Source: a virus. Taken from it: DNA of 64,000 nucleotides. The stretch covers positions 7,443-71,442 of IMG/VR virus record IMGVR_UViG_3300008448_010404; one strand, written 5' to 3'. The notes beneath the pieces were generated by a model. The model was not told the origin of the DNA and did no database searches. It was given only the letters and a program-made list of their open reading frames with translations. Numbering within the stretch: the first letter of the stretch is position 1; each line of letters opens with the position of its first letter. A program made the position numbers and the translations under genes. Shown in pieces: positions 1 to 8,477 of the stretch.

Positions 1-211
1 AAATAAAAAATCATTTATGAATTTAGAAATCAATTTTTATTTAAAAGATAATATAATACTAACGTTTAAAGATAAAGAAATTAAAGATTTATTAAAAAAT
101 ATTACAACTAAAATATTTCAAGATAATTTAAAAAACAACCAATATTTTAAGTTTTATTTTTCTAAAACAAATAAACCAACCAATAAAACTGTCAAAACCG
201 AAAATATTTAA
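1..211 (+). CDS. 3' end of a hypothetical protein truncated by the window edge
   Basis: Frame of ORF 17..211 stays open back to the window start; TAA stop at 209-211. Confidence 0.6.
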   Translation, partial: NKKSFMNLEINFYLKDNIILTFKDKEIKDLLKNITTKIFQDNLKNNQYFKFYFSKTNKPTNKTVKTENI

Positions 212-218
212 TATTTAT
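212..218 (+). promoter_or_regulatory. TATTTAT motif, putative late promoter of the prohead protease gene
   Basis: The same heptamer lies 6-37 nt upstream of about 14 genes in this window; here 14 nt before ATG 233. Confidence 0.55.
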
Positions 219-232
219 TGTTAAACGAAACG

Positions 233-952
233 ATGAATTTAAAAATATTAAAACCATATGAGTCGGGTAAAGGTATCTTAATTGAACAAGATGCTGGATA
301 TATCTCCCCAACAACAGAACATAATAAATATATAATGGAGTCTAAAAACTTTTTAGACCATTCAAAACCATTTGAATTTTATGCCGTTCTACAAAAATAT
401 GACACACCAAATAGAAATGGTCGTGTATATCCTGAAAGGATTTTAAAAAGAGAATCTGAGAATTATAAAAAAATGATTGATAAGGGTGTTTCATTATCAG
501 AATTGAATCACCCCGAATCTTCATTAATAGATTTAGATAGAGTTTCACATATAATCACTGATGTGTGGTGGGATGGTAATATCTTAATGGGTAAATTGAA
601 ACTTTTAACAAGTCCTGGTTTTCACGAAAGAGGTATTGTATCAACTAAAGGTGATATGGCTGCCAACTATCTTAGACAAGGAGTTACTTTAGGTATATCA
701 TCAAGAGGTGTTGGGTCATTAAAAAAAGTTGGTGAAAGAAATGAAGTTCAAGATGACTTTGAGTTAATTTGTTTTGACTTAGTATCATCACCATCAACAC
801 CGGGGGCTTATTTATTTTTAAACCCTGATGAAAGAGGTAATTTTGAAGAAAATATTGAAGAAGAAAAAAAATTCAGAGAAGAAAGTGAACCGTCAACTAA
901 TAAATCACTTGACTTAATGAAAAAATTGAACGATTATTTGGGAAATAGATAA
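233..952 (+). CDS. Prohead core protein protease, T4 gp21-like
   Basis: Motifs NRNGRVYP, ELNHP, RVSH, GISSRGVGS (catalytic Ser region), FDLVSSPS; upstream of scaffold and capsid genes. ATG 233 preferred over TTG 218. Confidence 0.92.
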   Translation: MNLKILKPYESGKGILIEQDAGYISPTTEHNKYIMESKNFLDHSKPFEFYAVLQKYDTPNRNGRVYPERILKRESENYKKMIDKGVSLSELNHPESSLIDLDRVSHIITDVWWDGNILMGKLKLLTSPGFHERGIVSTKGDMAANYLRQGVTLGISSRGVGSLKKVGERNEVQDDFELICFDLVSSPSTPGAYLFLNPDERGNFEENIEEEKKFREESEPSTNKSLDLMKKLNDYLGNR

Positions 953-963
953 AATAATTTAAT

Positions 964-1179
964 ATGGAACAAGGAGAAAAGTATTTTGTAGCTAAAATTA
1001 GTTCTGATTTATTAGACACTGAATCAGGTAAAGTTAAAAAAATGAGAGAAGAAAAATTAGTTCTTGGTTATACACCAACTGACGTTGAAGCCAAAGTCAC
1101 TAAACTTTATGAAAACTATTCTATGGATTGGAGAATCACAGGAATCGTTGAGAGTAAAATTGATGAAGTTATCGAATAA
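964..1179 (+). CDS. Small protein, single DUF4494-like repeat
   Basis: YFVAKI..ESGKVKKMREEKLV...VEAKV...WRITGIVESKIDEVI resembles one repeat of Bacteroidota DUF4494 (recognised by eye). Confidence 0.6.
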   Translation: MEQGEKYFVAKISSDLLDTESGKVKKMREEKLVLGYTPTDVEAKVTKLYENYSMDWRITGIVESKIDEVIE

Positions 1180-1204
1180 TTTAACTTAAAAATAATATCA
1201 GTTT

Positions 1205-1238
1205 AAAGGGGAAGACATTAGTCTTCCCTTTTTTTTTT
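1205..1238 (+). terminator. Rho-independent terminator
   Basis: GGGAAGAC-ATTA-GTCTTCCC stem followed by T10. Confidence 0.9.
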
Positions 1239-1313
1239 AACTAAAAAAATCATTAATAGTTATTTTTTTTTTCATAGTCAACTGTAAAAAATAGTTTTTT
1301 TTAAATTTCTTAA

Positions 1314-1320
1314 TATTTAT
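1314..1320 (+). promoter_or_regulatory. TATTTAT putative late promoter for the scaffold-capsid operon
   Basis: After a terminator, 27 nt before ATG 1348. Confidence 0.6.
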
Positions 1321-1347
1321 TTAGAAATAAAAGAAACATTTTTTTAA

Positions 1348-2802
1348 ATGGCAAAAGAAAAAACATTAGTTGAAGAGACTTTTATCCAAATGAAGAATTT
1401 GGAAGAAGCCGTTGCACAAAACGCAAAAGGAATACTTGCATCTACAATGAAGCAAGAAATCAAAGACTTAGTAAAAGAATCTCTATTCGAACAAGAAGAA
1501 GATGAGATTGAGAACACAGATGTTGAACCTACAGATGATGTAGAGGATACTGATAATCTTGAAGATGAAGAAGAATTCTCAATCGGGGAACCTATGGGTG
1601 ATGAAGAAGAACCAATTGATTTAACTGACCCAGGTGTTAGTAATGATGAAGTTCTTAAAGTATTCCAATTGATGGGCCCTAATGATGAGGTAATCGTTGT
1701 TAAAGACGGTGGTAATATTAATCTAAAAGATACAAAAACAAATAAAGAGTATATGATTGTACAAGAATCAGATAACGAGTTCGATGAATTAGATGAAATG
1801 GACGAATTCGATGAGTTAGAAGAATCAGATGAGTTTGATGAGTTAGAAGAATCAGATGAGTTTGATGAGTTAGAAGAATCGGATGAGTTTGATGAGTTAG
1901 AAGAATCGGATGAGTTTGATGAATTAGATGAAAACACAATTGATGAAGTTTTTAATGAAATCTTTAACCAAGATTCTGAAGAAATGGATGAAATGGTTGG
2001 TGTTGATTATCTTAATCCTGAAGATGGAGAAAATAGTGAAACTCTTTACGAACTTTATTTGGATGATGAAGAATCTGAAGAAATGGAAGAGGACTTATAC
2101 GAATCTAAATCATTTAAAGCAAAAGGTAAAGGTTTCGGTTCACCTAACAAATTTAAATATTCTTCAAAACCTAACCAAGAAGGTGGTTTTAAAACTAAAC
2201 AAAAAGAAGGCCCTAAATCAATTGGGACAGGTAAAGCTAAATTTACATACAAAGATGGTGAAAATTTAGATGGTGAGTTTAAAATTAAACCTAAGAAAAA
2301 AGTTGAGGCTAATGAAGCATCAAGAACTTTAGGGTCAGGTAAAAGATGGGGTAGAGAAGGTTTAGATAAACCAAAAGCAGCTCCAAGACATTTAAGAAAA
2401 GAATCAGTAGATAGTGAAGTTAAACTATTAAGAGAAAAAAATGAGGAATACAGAAACGCATTAAACGTATTTAGAGATAAATTAAATGAAGTTGCGGTTT
2501 TCAATTCAAACTTAGCTTACGCTACACGTTTGTTTACTGAACATACAACAACTAAACAAGAAAAGATATATATCTTACAACGTTTTGATTCTGTAGAAAC
2601 TATTAAAGAATCTAAAAGTTTATATCAAACAATTAAGCAAGAATTAAATAAAGATAATTCTAGCAAACCAATCAATGAATCAGTCGAAAAAACTTTTGAT
2701 AACACACCTTCAACAGGTTCGGCTATTAATTTGATTGAATCAAAAACTTATGAAAATCCACAATTCTTACGAATGAAAGATTTAATGGGTAAACTTAAAT
2801 AA
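1348..2802 (+). CDS. Prohead scaffold/core protein (T4 gp22-like position)
   Basis: Very acidic N-half and coiled-coil C-terminus; lies between protease and major capsid gene; many L/I-x-E sites. Confidence 0.75.
   Translation: MAKEKTLVEETFIQMKNLEEAVAQNAKGILASTMKQEIKDLVKESLFEQEEDEIENTDVEPTDDVEDTDNLEDEEEFSIGEPMGDEEEPIDLTDPGVSNDEVLKVFQLMGPNDEVIVVKDGGNINLKDTKTNKEYMIVQESDNEFDELDEMDEFDELEESDEFDELEESDEFDELEESDEFDELEESDEFDELDENTIDEVFNEIFNQDSEEMDEMVGVDYLNPEDGENSETLYELYLDDEESEEMEEDLYESKSFKAKGKGFGSPNKFKYSSKPNQEGGFKTKQKEGPKSIGTGKAKFTYKDGENLDGEFKIKPKKKVEANEASRTLGSGKRWGREGLDKPKAAPRHLRKESVDSEVKLLREKNEEYRNALNVFRDKLNEVAVFNSNLAYATRLFTEHTTTKQEKIYILQRFDSVETIKESKSLYQTIKQELNKDNSSKPINESVEKTFDNTPSTGSAINLIESKTYENPQFLRMKDLMGKLK
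1774..1935 (+). repeat. 6 x 27-bp in-frame tandem repeat encoding DEFDELEES
   Basis: Units start at 1774, 1801, 1828, 1855, 1882 and 1909; consensus GATGAGTTTGATGAGTTAGAAGAATCA; outer units degenerate. Confidence 0.95.
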
Positions 2803-2840
2803 AAAATAAACTAAAAACAAATAAAAACAAAAAAAACACA

Positions 2841-4661
2841 ATGGGTGCATTATTAGAATCAGGTCTAGTTGGTAACATAGGTTTAAAACATTTAAAAGTT
2901 ATCAAAGAAGACACAATTAACAAATGGGATAAATTAGGTTTCTTAGATGATTTAAAAGGTCACTTGAAAGAAAACGTAGCTCAGTTATATGAAAACCAAG
3001 CGTCTTTCTTAATCAACGAGGCAACTTCAGAAGGTTCAAACGGAGCGTTTGAAACTGTAGTTTTCCCAATCGTGAGAAGAGTATTCTCAAAATTATTAGC
3101 TAACGATATCGTATCGGTTCAAGCTATGAACTTACCTATTGGTAAATTGTTCTACTTTATCCCTAAAATTCAAGGGTACAATGCAGCAACTGCAAATGGT
3201 GGTGAACACTTCCAACCAATTGGTGCTCCAGGTTCAACAACTGATGTTAATTCAGGATACAACGATGGTAACGCATACTCTAAAAACTTGTATGATTTAT
3301 TCTACGAAGGTGCTGAACCAGGATTAGACCCAGCAGGTTTATTTGATTATTCAAAAGGAACTTGGACAGCGGTAACTGCAACTGCAATTACTCAAGTTTG
3401 GAATGGTTCTACATTAGTTGATGGAACAACAAATTTAACAGGTAACCAAAGAAAAGTTATCATCAAATTATCAGGATTCTCAAATGTTGGTGATGGTAAA
3501 TTAATTGGTCCTGATGGACACGAAATGGATACTGAAACTTTCTTATCTGATTTAAAAGTCCTTAAAGGTGCTGGAATAACTGTTGACGCGGCTTCACCAT
3601 GTGCACTTCCTTCAAGTACACCGTTATTATTTAGAGTTGTTACTCAAAAATATGGTAAAGGAATTGTTCAATATGGTGCTCAAGAAGGGACAACATTTGG
3701 AACAGGTGTAGGTAACAGTAATGGTGGTTCATTCTACAATATCTGTGACGCTACAGGAGTTATCTATTTAGAAGTTGATTTATCTTGTCCTGCATGTGTT
3801 GGATGTGGTGCTGATACTTTAGATGGTTACACAGGGACAACAATTTCTGCATTAACTACAGCAACTGCGTTCAGTGCAACTTACAGAAGATATAAAGAAT
3901 TAGAATTCGAAGACAAAATTGGTGAGGTATCTTTCGATTTAGAATCTGTTACAGTTTCTGTTACTGAAAGAAAACTAAGAGCACAATGGTCTCCTGAATT
4001 AGCTCAAGACGTTGCGGCATTCCATAACATTGATGCTGAGGCTGAATTAACGGCTTTATTGTCAGAACAAGTTGCGGCTGAAATTGACCGTGAAATCTTA
4101 CGTGACTTACGTAAAGGTGCGGCTTGGAACTTACGTTGGGATTACAACGGATGGAGAAGAGTAACAAACTTAACAACATCTTATACTCAAAAAGATTGGA
4201 ATCAAACATTGATTACTGCAATTAACCAATTGTCAGCACAAATCCACAAATCTACATTAAGAGGTGGGGCTAACTGGATTGTTGTTTCTTCTGAGGTTTC
4301 AGCTATCTTTGATGATTTAGAATACTTCCACGTATCTAACGCGTCTCCTGAGCAAGACCAATACAACATGGGTATTGAAAGAGTTGGTACATTAGCAGGT
4401 CGTTACCAAGTTTACCGTGACCCTTATTTCCCACCAAACACAATCTTGTTGGGTCATAAAGGAACTTCATTGTTAGACACAGGTTACATCTACGCACCGT
4501 ATGTTCCTCTACAATTAACTCCAACAATGTATAACCCATTCAACTTTACACCTATCAAAGGTATAATGACGAGATACGCTAAGAAAATGGTTAACAACCG
4601 TTTCTACGCGAGAATCACAGTTGATGGTGTTCGTACATTTGACTTGAGAGAATTGAGATAA
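2841..4661 (+). CDS. Major capsid protein, T4 gp23-like
   Basis: PIVRRV, DIVSVQAM..P.G.LFY, RKLRAQWSPELAQD, IDAEAEL..LLS.....EIDREI, YAPYVPL, P..GIMTRY are gp23-family motifs. Confidence 0.96.
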   Translation: MGALLESGLVGNIGLKHLKVIKEDTINKWDKLGFLDDLKGHLKENVAQLYENQASFLINEATSEGSNGAFETVVFPIVRRVFSKLLANDIVSVQAMNLPIGKLFYFIPKIQGYNAATANGGEHFQPIGAPGSTTDVNSGYNDGNAYSKNLYDLFYEGAEPGLDPAGLFDYSKGTWTAVTATAITQVWNGSTLVDGTTNLTGNQRKVIIKLSGFSNVGDGKLIGPDGHEMDTETFLSDLKVLKGAGITVDAASPCALPSSTPLLFRVVTQKYGKGIVQYGAQEGTTFGTGVGNSNGGSFYNICDATGVIYLEVDLSCPACVGCGADTLDGYTGTTISALTTATAFSATYRRYKELEFEDKIGEVSFDLESVTVSVTERKLRAQWSPELAQDVAAFHNIDAEAELTALLSEQVAAEIDREILRDLRKGAAWNLRWDYNGWRRVTNLTTSYTQKDWNQTLITAINQLSAQIHKSTLRGGANWIVVSSEVSAIFDDLEYFHVSNASPEQDQYNMGIERVGTLAGRYQVYRDPYFPPNTILLGHKGTSLLDTGYIYAPYVPLQLTPTMYNPFNFTPIKGIMTRYAKKMVNNRFYARITVDGVRTFDLRELR

Positions 4662-4680
4662 TCAATAATTTCATAATATT

Positions 4681-4707
4681 AAAAGGGACTTTACAGTCCC
4701 TTTTTTT
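4681..4707 (+). terminator. Rho-independent terminator after the major capsid gene
   Basis: AAAAGGGACT-TTAC-AGTCCCTTTTTTT. Confidence 0.9.
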
Positions 4708-4717
4708 ATTTTAAAGA

Positions 4718-4724
4718 TATTTAT
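4718..4724 (+). promoter_or_regulatory. TATTTAT putative late promoter
   Basis: Just after the terminator, 14 nt before ATG 4739. Confidence 0.6.
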
Positions 4725-4738
4725 AAATAAAAAAATAT

Positions 4739-5314
4739 ATGAGAAATACATTTAATTTAACACAAGAAGAACGCAGTCGAATTTTAAATTTACATGAAAC
4801 ATCTACTAAAAACCAATATTTAGATGTTATTAATGAACAAGTCACACCTTTTGACCATAAAGGTAAGATGATTGAAATTCAAAATATATTAAAAACTAAA
4901 GGTTATACTGTTAGTAAAGATGGTAATCCTGATGGGAAATTTGGACCATTAACTTATTCGGCACTAACCGCAGCACTACAAGGTTCATCCGCTAGTAGTG
5001 GGGGTGAAATTAAAACACCTGTTGATGTTTTATCTGAATTAATGAAAAACCCTGAAGTTAAGGCAATTGCCGAAAAATTAAAAGCTGCGGGTGTTGACTT
5101 GACAAAAATGCAACCAGCCGAAATATTACCAAAAGTTCAAGAATTGGCTGCCGATGTTTTAAAGGCAAGTCCTAATTTAATAAACACAGTTAAAACACAA
5201 ATTGAGTCTTTAATGAATATTAAATTACCTGAATTAACAAACGCTACTAATAATAGTACTACGGAAGTTGGTAAGGACGATGGTGCTATGGATAGTCAAG
5301 GTTTAAAATTTTAG
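4739..5314 (+). CDS. Peptidoglycan-binding (PG_binding_1-like) domain protein with an N-terminal leader
   Basis: IQNILKTKGY...DGKFGPLTYSAL matches the PG-binding helix motif; leader ends VINE|Q. Confidence 0.7.
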   Translation: MRNTFNLTQEERSRILNLHETSTKNQYLDVINEQVTPFDHKGKMIEIQNILKTKGYTVSKDGNPDGKFGPLTYSALTAALQGSSASSGGEIKTPVDVLSELMKNPEVKAIAEKLKAAGVDLTKMQPAEILPKVQELAADVLKASPNLINTVKTQIESLMNIKLPELTNATNNSTTEVGKDDGAMDSQGLKF

Positions 5315-5322
5315 TAAATAAA

Positions 5323-5544
5323 TTATTCGTTAGGTAAATCAGTATTTAACAATCTAATTGATTTAGATATTATTTCACTTTCACCTAATGAAAATACACC
5401 ATTGTGATAAGCGTAATTAACCGCGTGAGTTAAATAATATATCGCGGTTTGTTTATCCATTGTTGATAACATAACTTCAATATGTGTCTCATCAACTAAT
5501 GGTATAACATTAAATAATTTACCGTAAATTTCTTGTTCTTCCAT
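5323..5544 (-). CDS. Hypothetical protein (73 aa)
   Basis: ATG 5544 (MEEQEIYGKLF); the longer ORF-track start overlaps the divergent gene. Confidence 0.65.
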   Translation of the reverse strand: MEEQEIYGKLFNVIPLVDETHIEVMLSTMDKQTAIYYLTHAVNYAYHNGVFSLGESEIISKSIRLLNTDLPNE

Positions 5545-5564
5545 AATTAAAACTTTTATAATAA

Positions 5565-6227
5565 ATGAATAGTAAAAAAAAACGTATAAGTGAAGCAACT
5601 TCTGACAGTTCAGGAGGGAGGGGTTCGTATGTTGCACCATTACAACTTGGGTTAAGACCATTTAAAAAAGACACATTAGCTCCATTTACAGACTCCGTTT
5701 CTGATTATGATAGTCCATTATTACAATACGATAGTTATGATGGTAAAATGGATGAAAGAAGGAAAGATATTAAACGAATTGAACAACAAGCTAAAAAAGT
5801 TACTGATTATATTAAAACCCACCCATCTTCAACATTTAGTGATGATGATGGTAATATTATTAACCAATATCCTAAAGGTAAAAATAAAAAGGGTATTGTT
5901 CCTATAAAAGAAGCTAATACATCCGTAAGTTCCGGTGAATATAATGGACCATTAGAGATTGGAATGAAAAAATGGGATTCAAATTATTTAGAACCATTTA
6001 CTGAGTTTGTTGATACTGAAATAAATCACAAAAAAATAAAAAGTTCATTAAGAAATAACATTAAAAGAGTTGTTGGTGTTTGGGAAAAAAACAAAGACGG
6101 TTCTTATAAAGAAAAGAAACATAAAGTACATACAATTAATGAACATAGTATTAATAAGAAAATAATAAGATTAACCGAAAATCAATTATTAAATATTATT
6201 AAAGAGATTATTAAAGATATAAAATAA
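5565..6227 (+). CDS. Hypothetical protein with two internal repeats, probable head-associated protein
   Basis: ISEA..SG.Y..PL..G....L.PFT occurs twice; C-terminus IIRLTENQLLNIIKEII. Confidence 0.7.
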   Translation: MNSKKKRISEATSDSSGGRGSYVAPLQLGLRPFKKDTLAPFTDSVSDYDSPLLQYDSYDGKMDERRKDIKRIEQQAKKVTDYIKTHPSSTFSDDDGNIINQYPKGKNKKGIVPIKEANTSVSSGEYNGPLEIGMKKWDSNYLEPFTEFVDTEINHKKIKSSLRNNIKRVVGVWEKNKDGSYKEKKHKVHTINEHSINKKIIRLTENQLLNIIKEIIKDIK

Positions 6228-6256
6228 AAAAACCCCATTGTTTAGATGGGGTTTTT
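6228..6256. terminator. Bidirectional terminator between convergent genes
   Basis: AAAAACCCCAT-TGTTTAG-ATGGGGTTTTT. Confidence 0.88.
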
Positions 6257-6258
6257 AA

Positions 6259-6672
6259 TTATATCTTCTCAGATATTTTATGTAAAATGGTAGAAAGTGA
6301 GACAACAATTTGTGACATCATTTCATTTTCAAACTCATTTCTTATTTCTTCAGTTTTATTATCGTACATATGACTAACTCTATCAAAATCTCTTTGAGTT
6401 AAAATAACATCATAATGATATATGTGATTTGTTATTGTCACCTTTTTATCATCCAAAATAATAAACACTTTTAAAACTTCATTTTTAATGTATCGTTTTC
6501 CTGACAGTGGAGCGATTAAAAACTTAGAGTGAGGGTTGTTTATCATCCTATAACAAATAGACTTACAAATCCTCTCATTATGGTTGTTTTCAGGGGTTTG
6601 GTTAGTTGTGTATCTAACACTTTTTAAATATTTAGCATACACTCGTTTAATAAATCGTTTAATGTAGTTCAT
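6259..6672 (-). CDS. Hypothetical protein
   Basis: ORF; ATG 6672 (MNYIKRF) preferred. Confidence 0.7.
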   Translation of the reverse strand: MNYIKRFIKRVYAKYLKSVRYTTNQTPENNHNERICKSICYRMINNPHSKFLIAPLSGKRYIKNEVLKVFIILDDKKVTITNHIYHYDVILTQRDFDRVSHMYDNKTEEIRNEFENEMMSQIVVSLSTILHKISEKI

Positions 6673-6749
6673 AATAGTATCTTTATATATTATAAAATTA
6701 ATGATTTTTCTGAGTTCAATCAATAATATGGATAACTAAAATTGTTAAC

Positions 6750-6779
6750 AAAAAAAAAGGGGTTGTTAATAAACCCCTT
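6750..6779 (-). terminator. Rho-independent terminator for the small gene 6804..6977
   Basis: Minus strand GAAGGGGTT-TATTAAC-AACCCC followed by T9. Confidence 0.8.
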
Positions 6780-6803
6780 CATTAAATTCTTTATTATAAA
6801 AAA

Positions 6804-6977
6804 TTACGAATTTAAACCATTTGGACCTCCAATTACAATCATGTTTAACTGAGTCACAGTTCCACCTGTCATATCACCATATACTGGATGTGGTGGTCTT
6901 ATTGTGTATGGACTTCCAACACAATTATCATTGTTTACACAAATTGTTGATTCCGTATTTGCACTTGTATTAGCCAT
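6804..6977 (-). CDS. 57-aa small protein missed by the ORF track (MANTSANTESTICVNNDNCVGSPYTIRPPHPVYGDMTGGTVTQLNMIVIGGPNGLNS)
   Basis: Translated by hand; ATG 6977, TAA 6804-6806; own TATTTAT upstream (6993-6999) and terminator downstream. Confidence 0.8.
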   Translation of the reverse strand: MANTSANTESTICVNNDNCVGSPYTIRPPHPVYGDMTGGTVTQLNMIVIGGPNGLNS

Positions 6978-7004
6978 TATCTTGTTTTATTAATAAATAT
7001 CAGT

Positions 7005-8456
7005 TTATTCTAAATATTTTACATTTACTATTTGAAATTTTATTTGTTTTTTATAAGTGTTAATCTCCCCACTACTAATCACTTTCATATCAACAAAGTA
7101 TTCATTAGGTATCTTATCTCTAGTATCAAACATGAAAAAATATTCATTCGGTGTTCTATTTATTTTAGTCCAATCTTGAACCTCAACTTCTGTTTGACCC
7201 TCTCTAACATATACACGGTAATAAGCATCTACGTGTCTTAAATGTTTATTAACTGTAAATGCCTCTTTAATTATTACACCTACTTTTCTTAAATCCGTGT
7301 TAAATATTTTTTCATCTTGTTTTAAGCCATAAAAATCAAACCCATATAACTTAGGTTCGGCTGATGATGTTGAACCAATCTGTATTGAGTTTTTTATTGG
7401 GTGTAATGTAAATTCGTTTCTAACGTCAGGTAAATTAAAACCGTTTAGATAAAGTCCCGACCATTTATCAAAAAAAGTACAAGGTGTTTTGTAACCTAAT
7501 AATGGGGGTATTGTAACTTCATAAACGCCTTTAGTTGTTTTACAAGTTGATAACCCAATTAAACCAGGTATGGGAGTACCCGTTGAGTCACTAATAGTAA
7601 CGGTTGGATTACTATCCAAGTTAATTGGATGTCCATTATCATACAAATAAAGATATAATTTATTTGTCTTACCCAATGTGAATAAGTTTCTATCATCTTC
7701 AATTAAATCATTATATGATGTCTCTAAAAATGGTTCGTAAAATGTTTGGGTATGACGAGTGAAAAATTGAACTTCGTAGTTTTCAGTTAATCCTGATAAA
7801 TTTTCAACTTGAGGTTTAAATGCTATACCCCAACCTGATACATTAACAAGAGAACCATTAAGGATTGAGTTTATTTCATTAGTCATATCAAAACTAACAT
7901 TTTCATTACCAAATTGAAAATGTTGTGTATCGACAATAACTAAATTATTATAATTAACAACGCCTGTGTTTGTATTACTATACAGACCAGGTTGTGACCA
8001 TTTATCAATTGTTGTTCTTTGAAACCAATTTGAAGGTCTAAATGAAAAATTTTTATCATTAGATACCTGATACACTAAATCAGCGTAGTCATAACCAACA
8101 CCCTCATCCCACAATTGTGGTGATGGGATTCTAAATAATATTAAATCAAATGATGTTGCTCTTTGTCTAAACTGTGATGTTTCAGTGTTTAAAACATCAT
8201 TAAATGATGATGTATTAACCATCCTTAACGTATGTTTAATATCATTATTACAACCATCAGATATTGTTCCATCTTGGAATTTTTCAATCAACAAATCTAA
8301 ATTAAGGTCAAATATGAAACGACTAAAAGCACTTGGGTAAGTATTATTAATAACCGACCCGTAAAATAATTCAGTAACAGGGTTTCTACCCGTGTTAGTG
8401 TAACTATTTGAAATTATTGTATTATTTTTACTAAAATATGAATTATTAATTGACAT
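7005..8456 (-). CDS. Probable virion structural (baseplate-region) protein
   Basis: Beta-rich 483 aa; TATTTAT at 8471-8477; adjacent to the gp5-like gene. Confidence 0.55.
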   Translation of the reverse strand: MSINNSYFSKNNTIISNSYTNTGRNPVTELFYGSVINNTYPSAFSRFIFDLNLDLLIEKFQDGTISDGCNNDIKHTLRMVNTSSFNDVLNTETSQFRQRATSFDLILFRIPSPQLWDEGVGYDYADLVYQVSNDKNFSFRPSNWFQRTTIDKWSQPGLYSNTNTGVVNYNNLVIVDTQHFQFGNENVSFDMTNEINSILNGSLVNVSGWGIAFKPQVENLSGLTENYEVQFFTRHTQTFYEPFLETSYNDLIEDDRNLFTLGKTNKLYLYLYDNGHPINLDSNPTVTISDSTGTPIPGLIGLSTCKTTKGVYEVTIPPLLGYKTPCTFFDKWSGLYLNGFNLPDVRNEFTLHPIKNSIQIGSTSSAEPKLYGFDFYGLKQDEKIFNTDLRKVGVIIKEAFTVNKHLRHVDAYYRVYVREGQTEVEVQDWTKINRTPNEYFFMFDTRDKIPNEYFVDMKVISSGEINTYKKQIKFQIVNVKYLE

Positions 8457-8477
8457 CGAATCTTTTACATATAAATA

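Noticed and set aside
1774-1935. 27-bp repeats as a CRISPR array
   Set aside because: Head-to-tail with no spacers, in-frame coding, no cas genes.
1344-2504. ORFs 1344..1937(-), 1718..1939(-), 1928..2269(+) and 2055..2504(-)
   Set aside because: Antisense or off-frame shadows of the scaffold gene and its 27-bp repeat.
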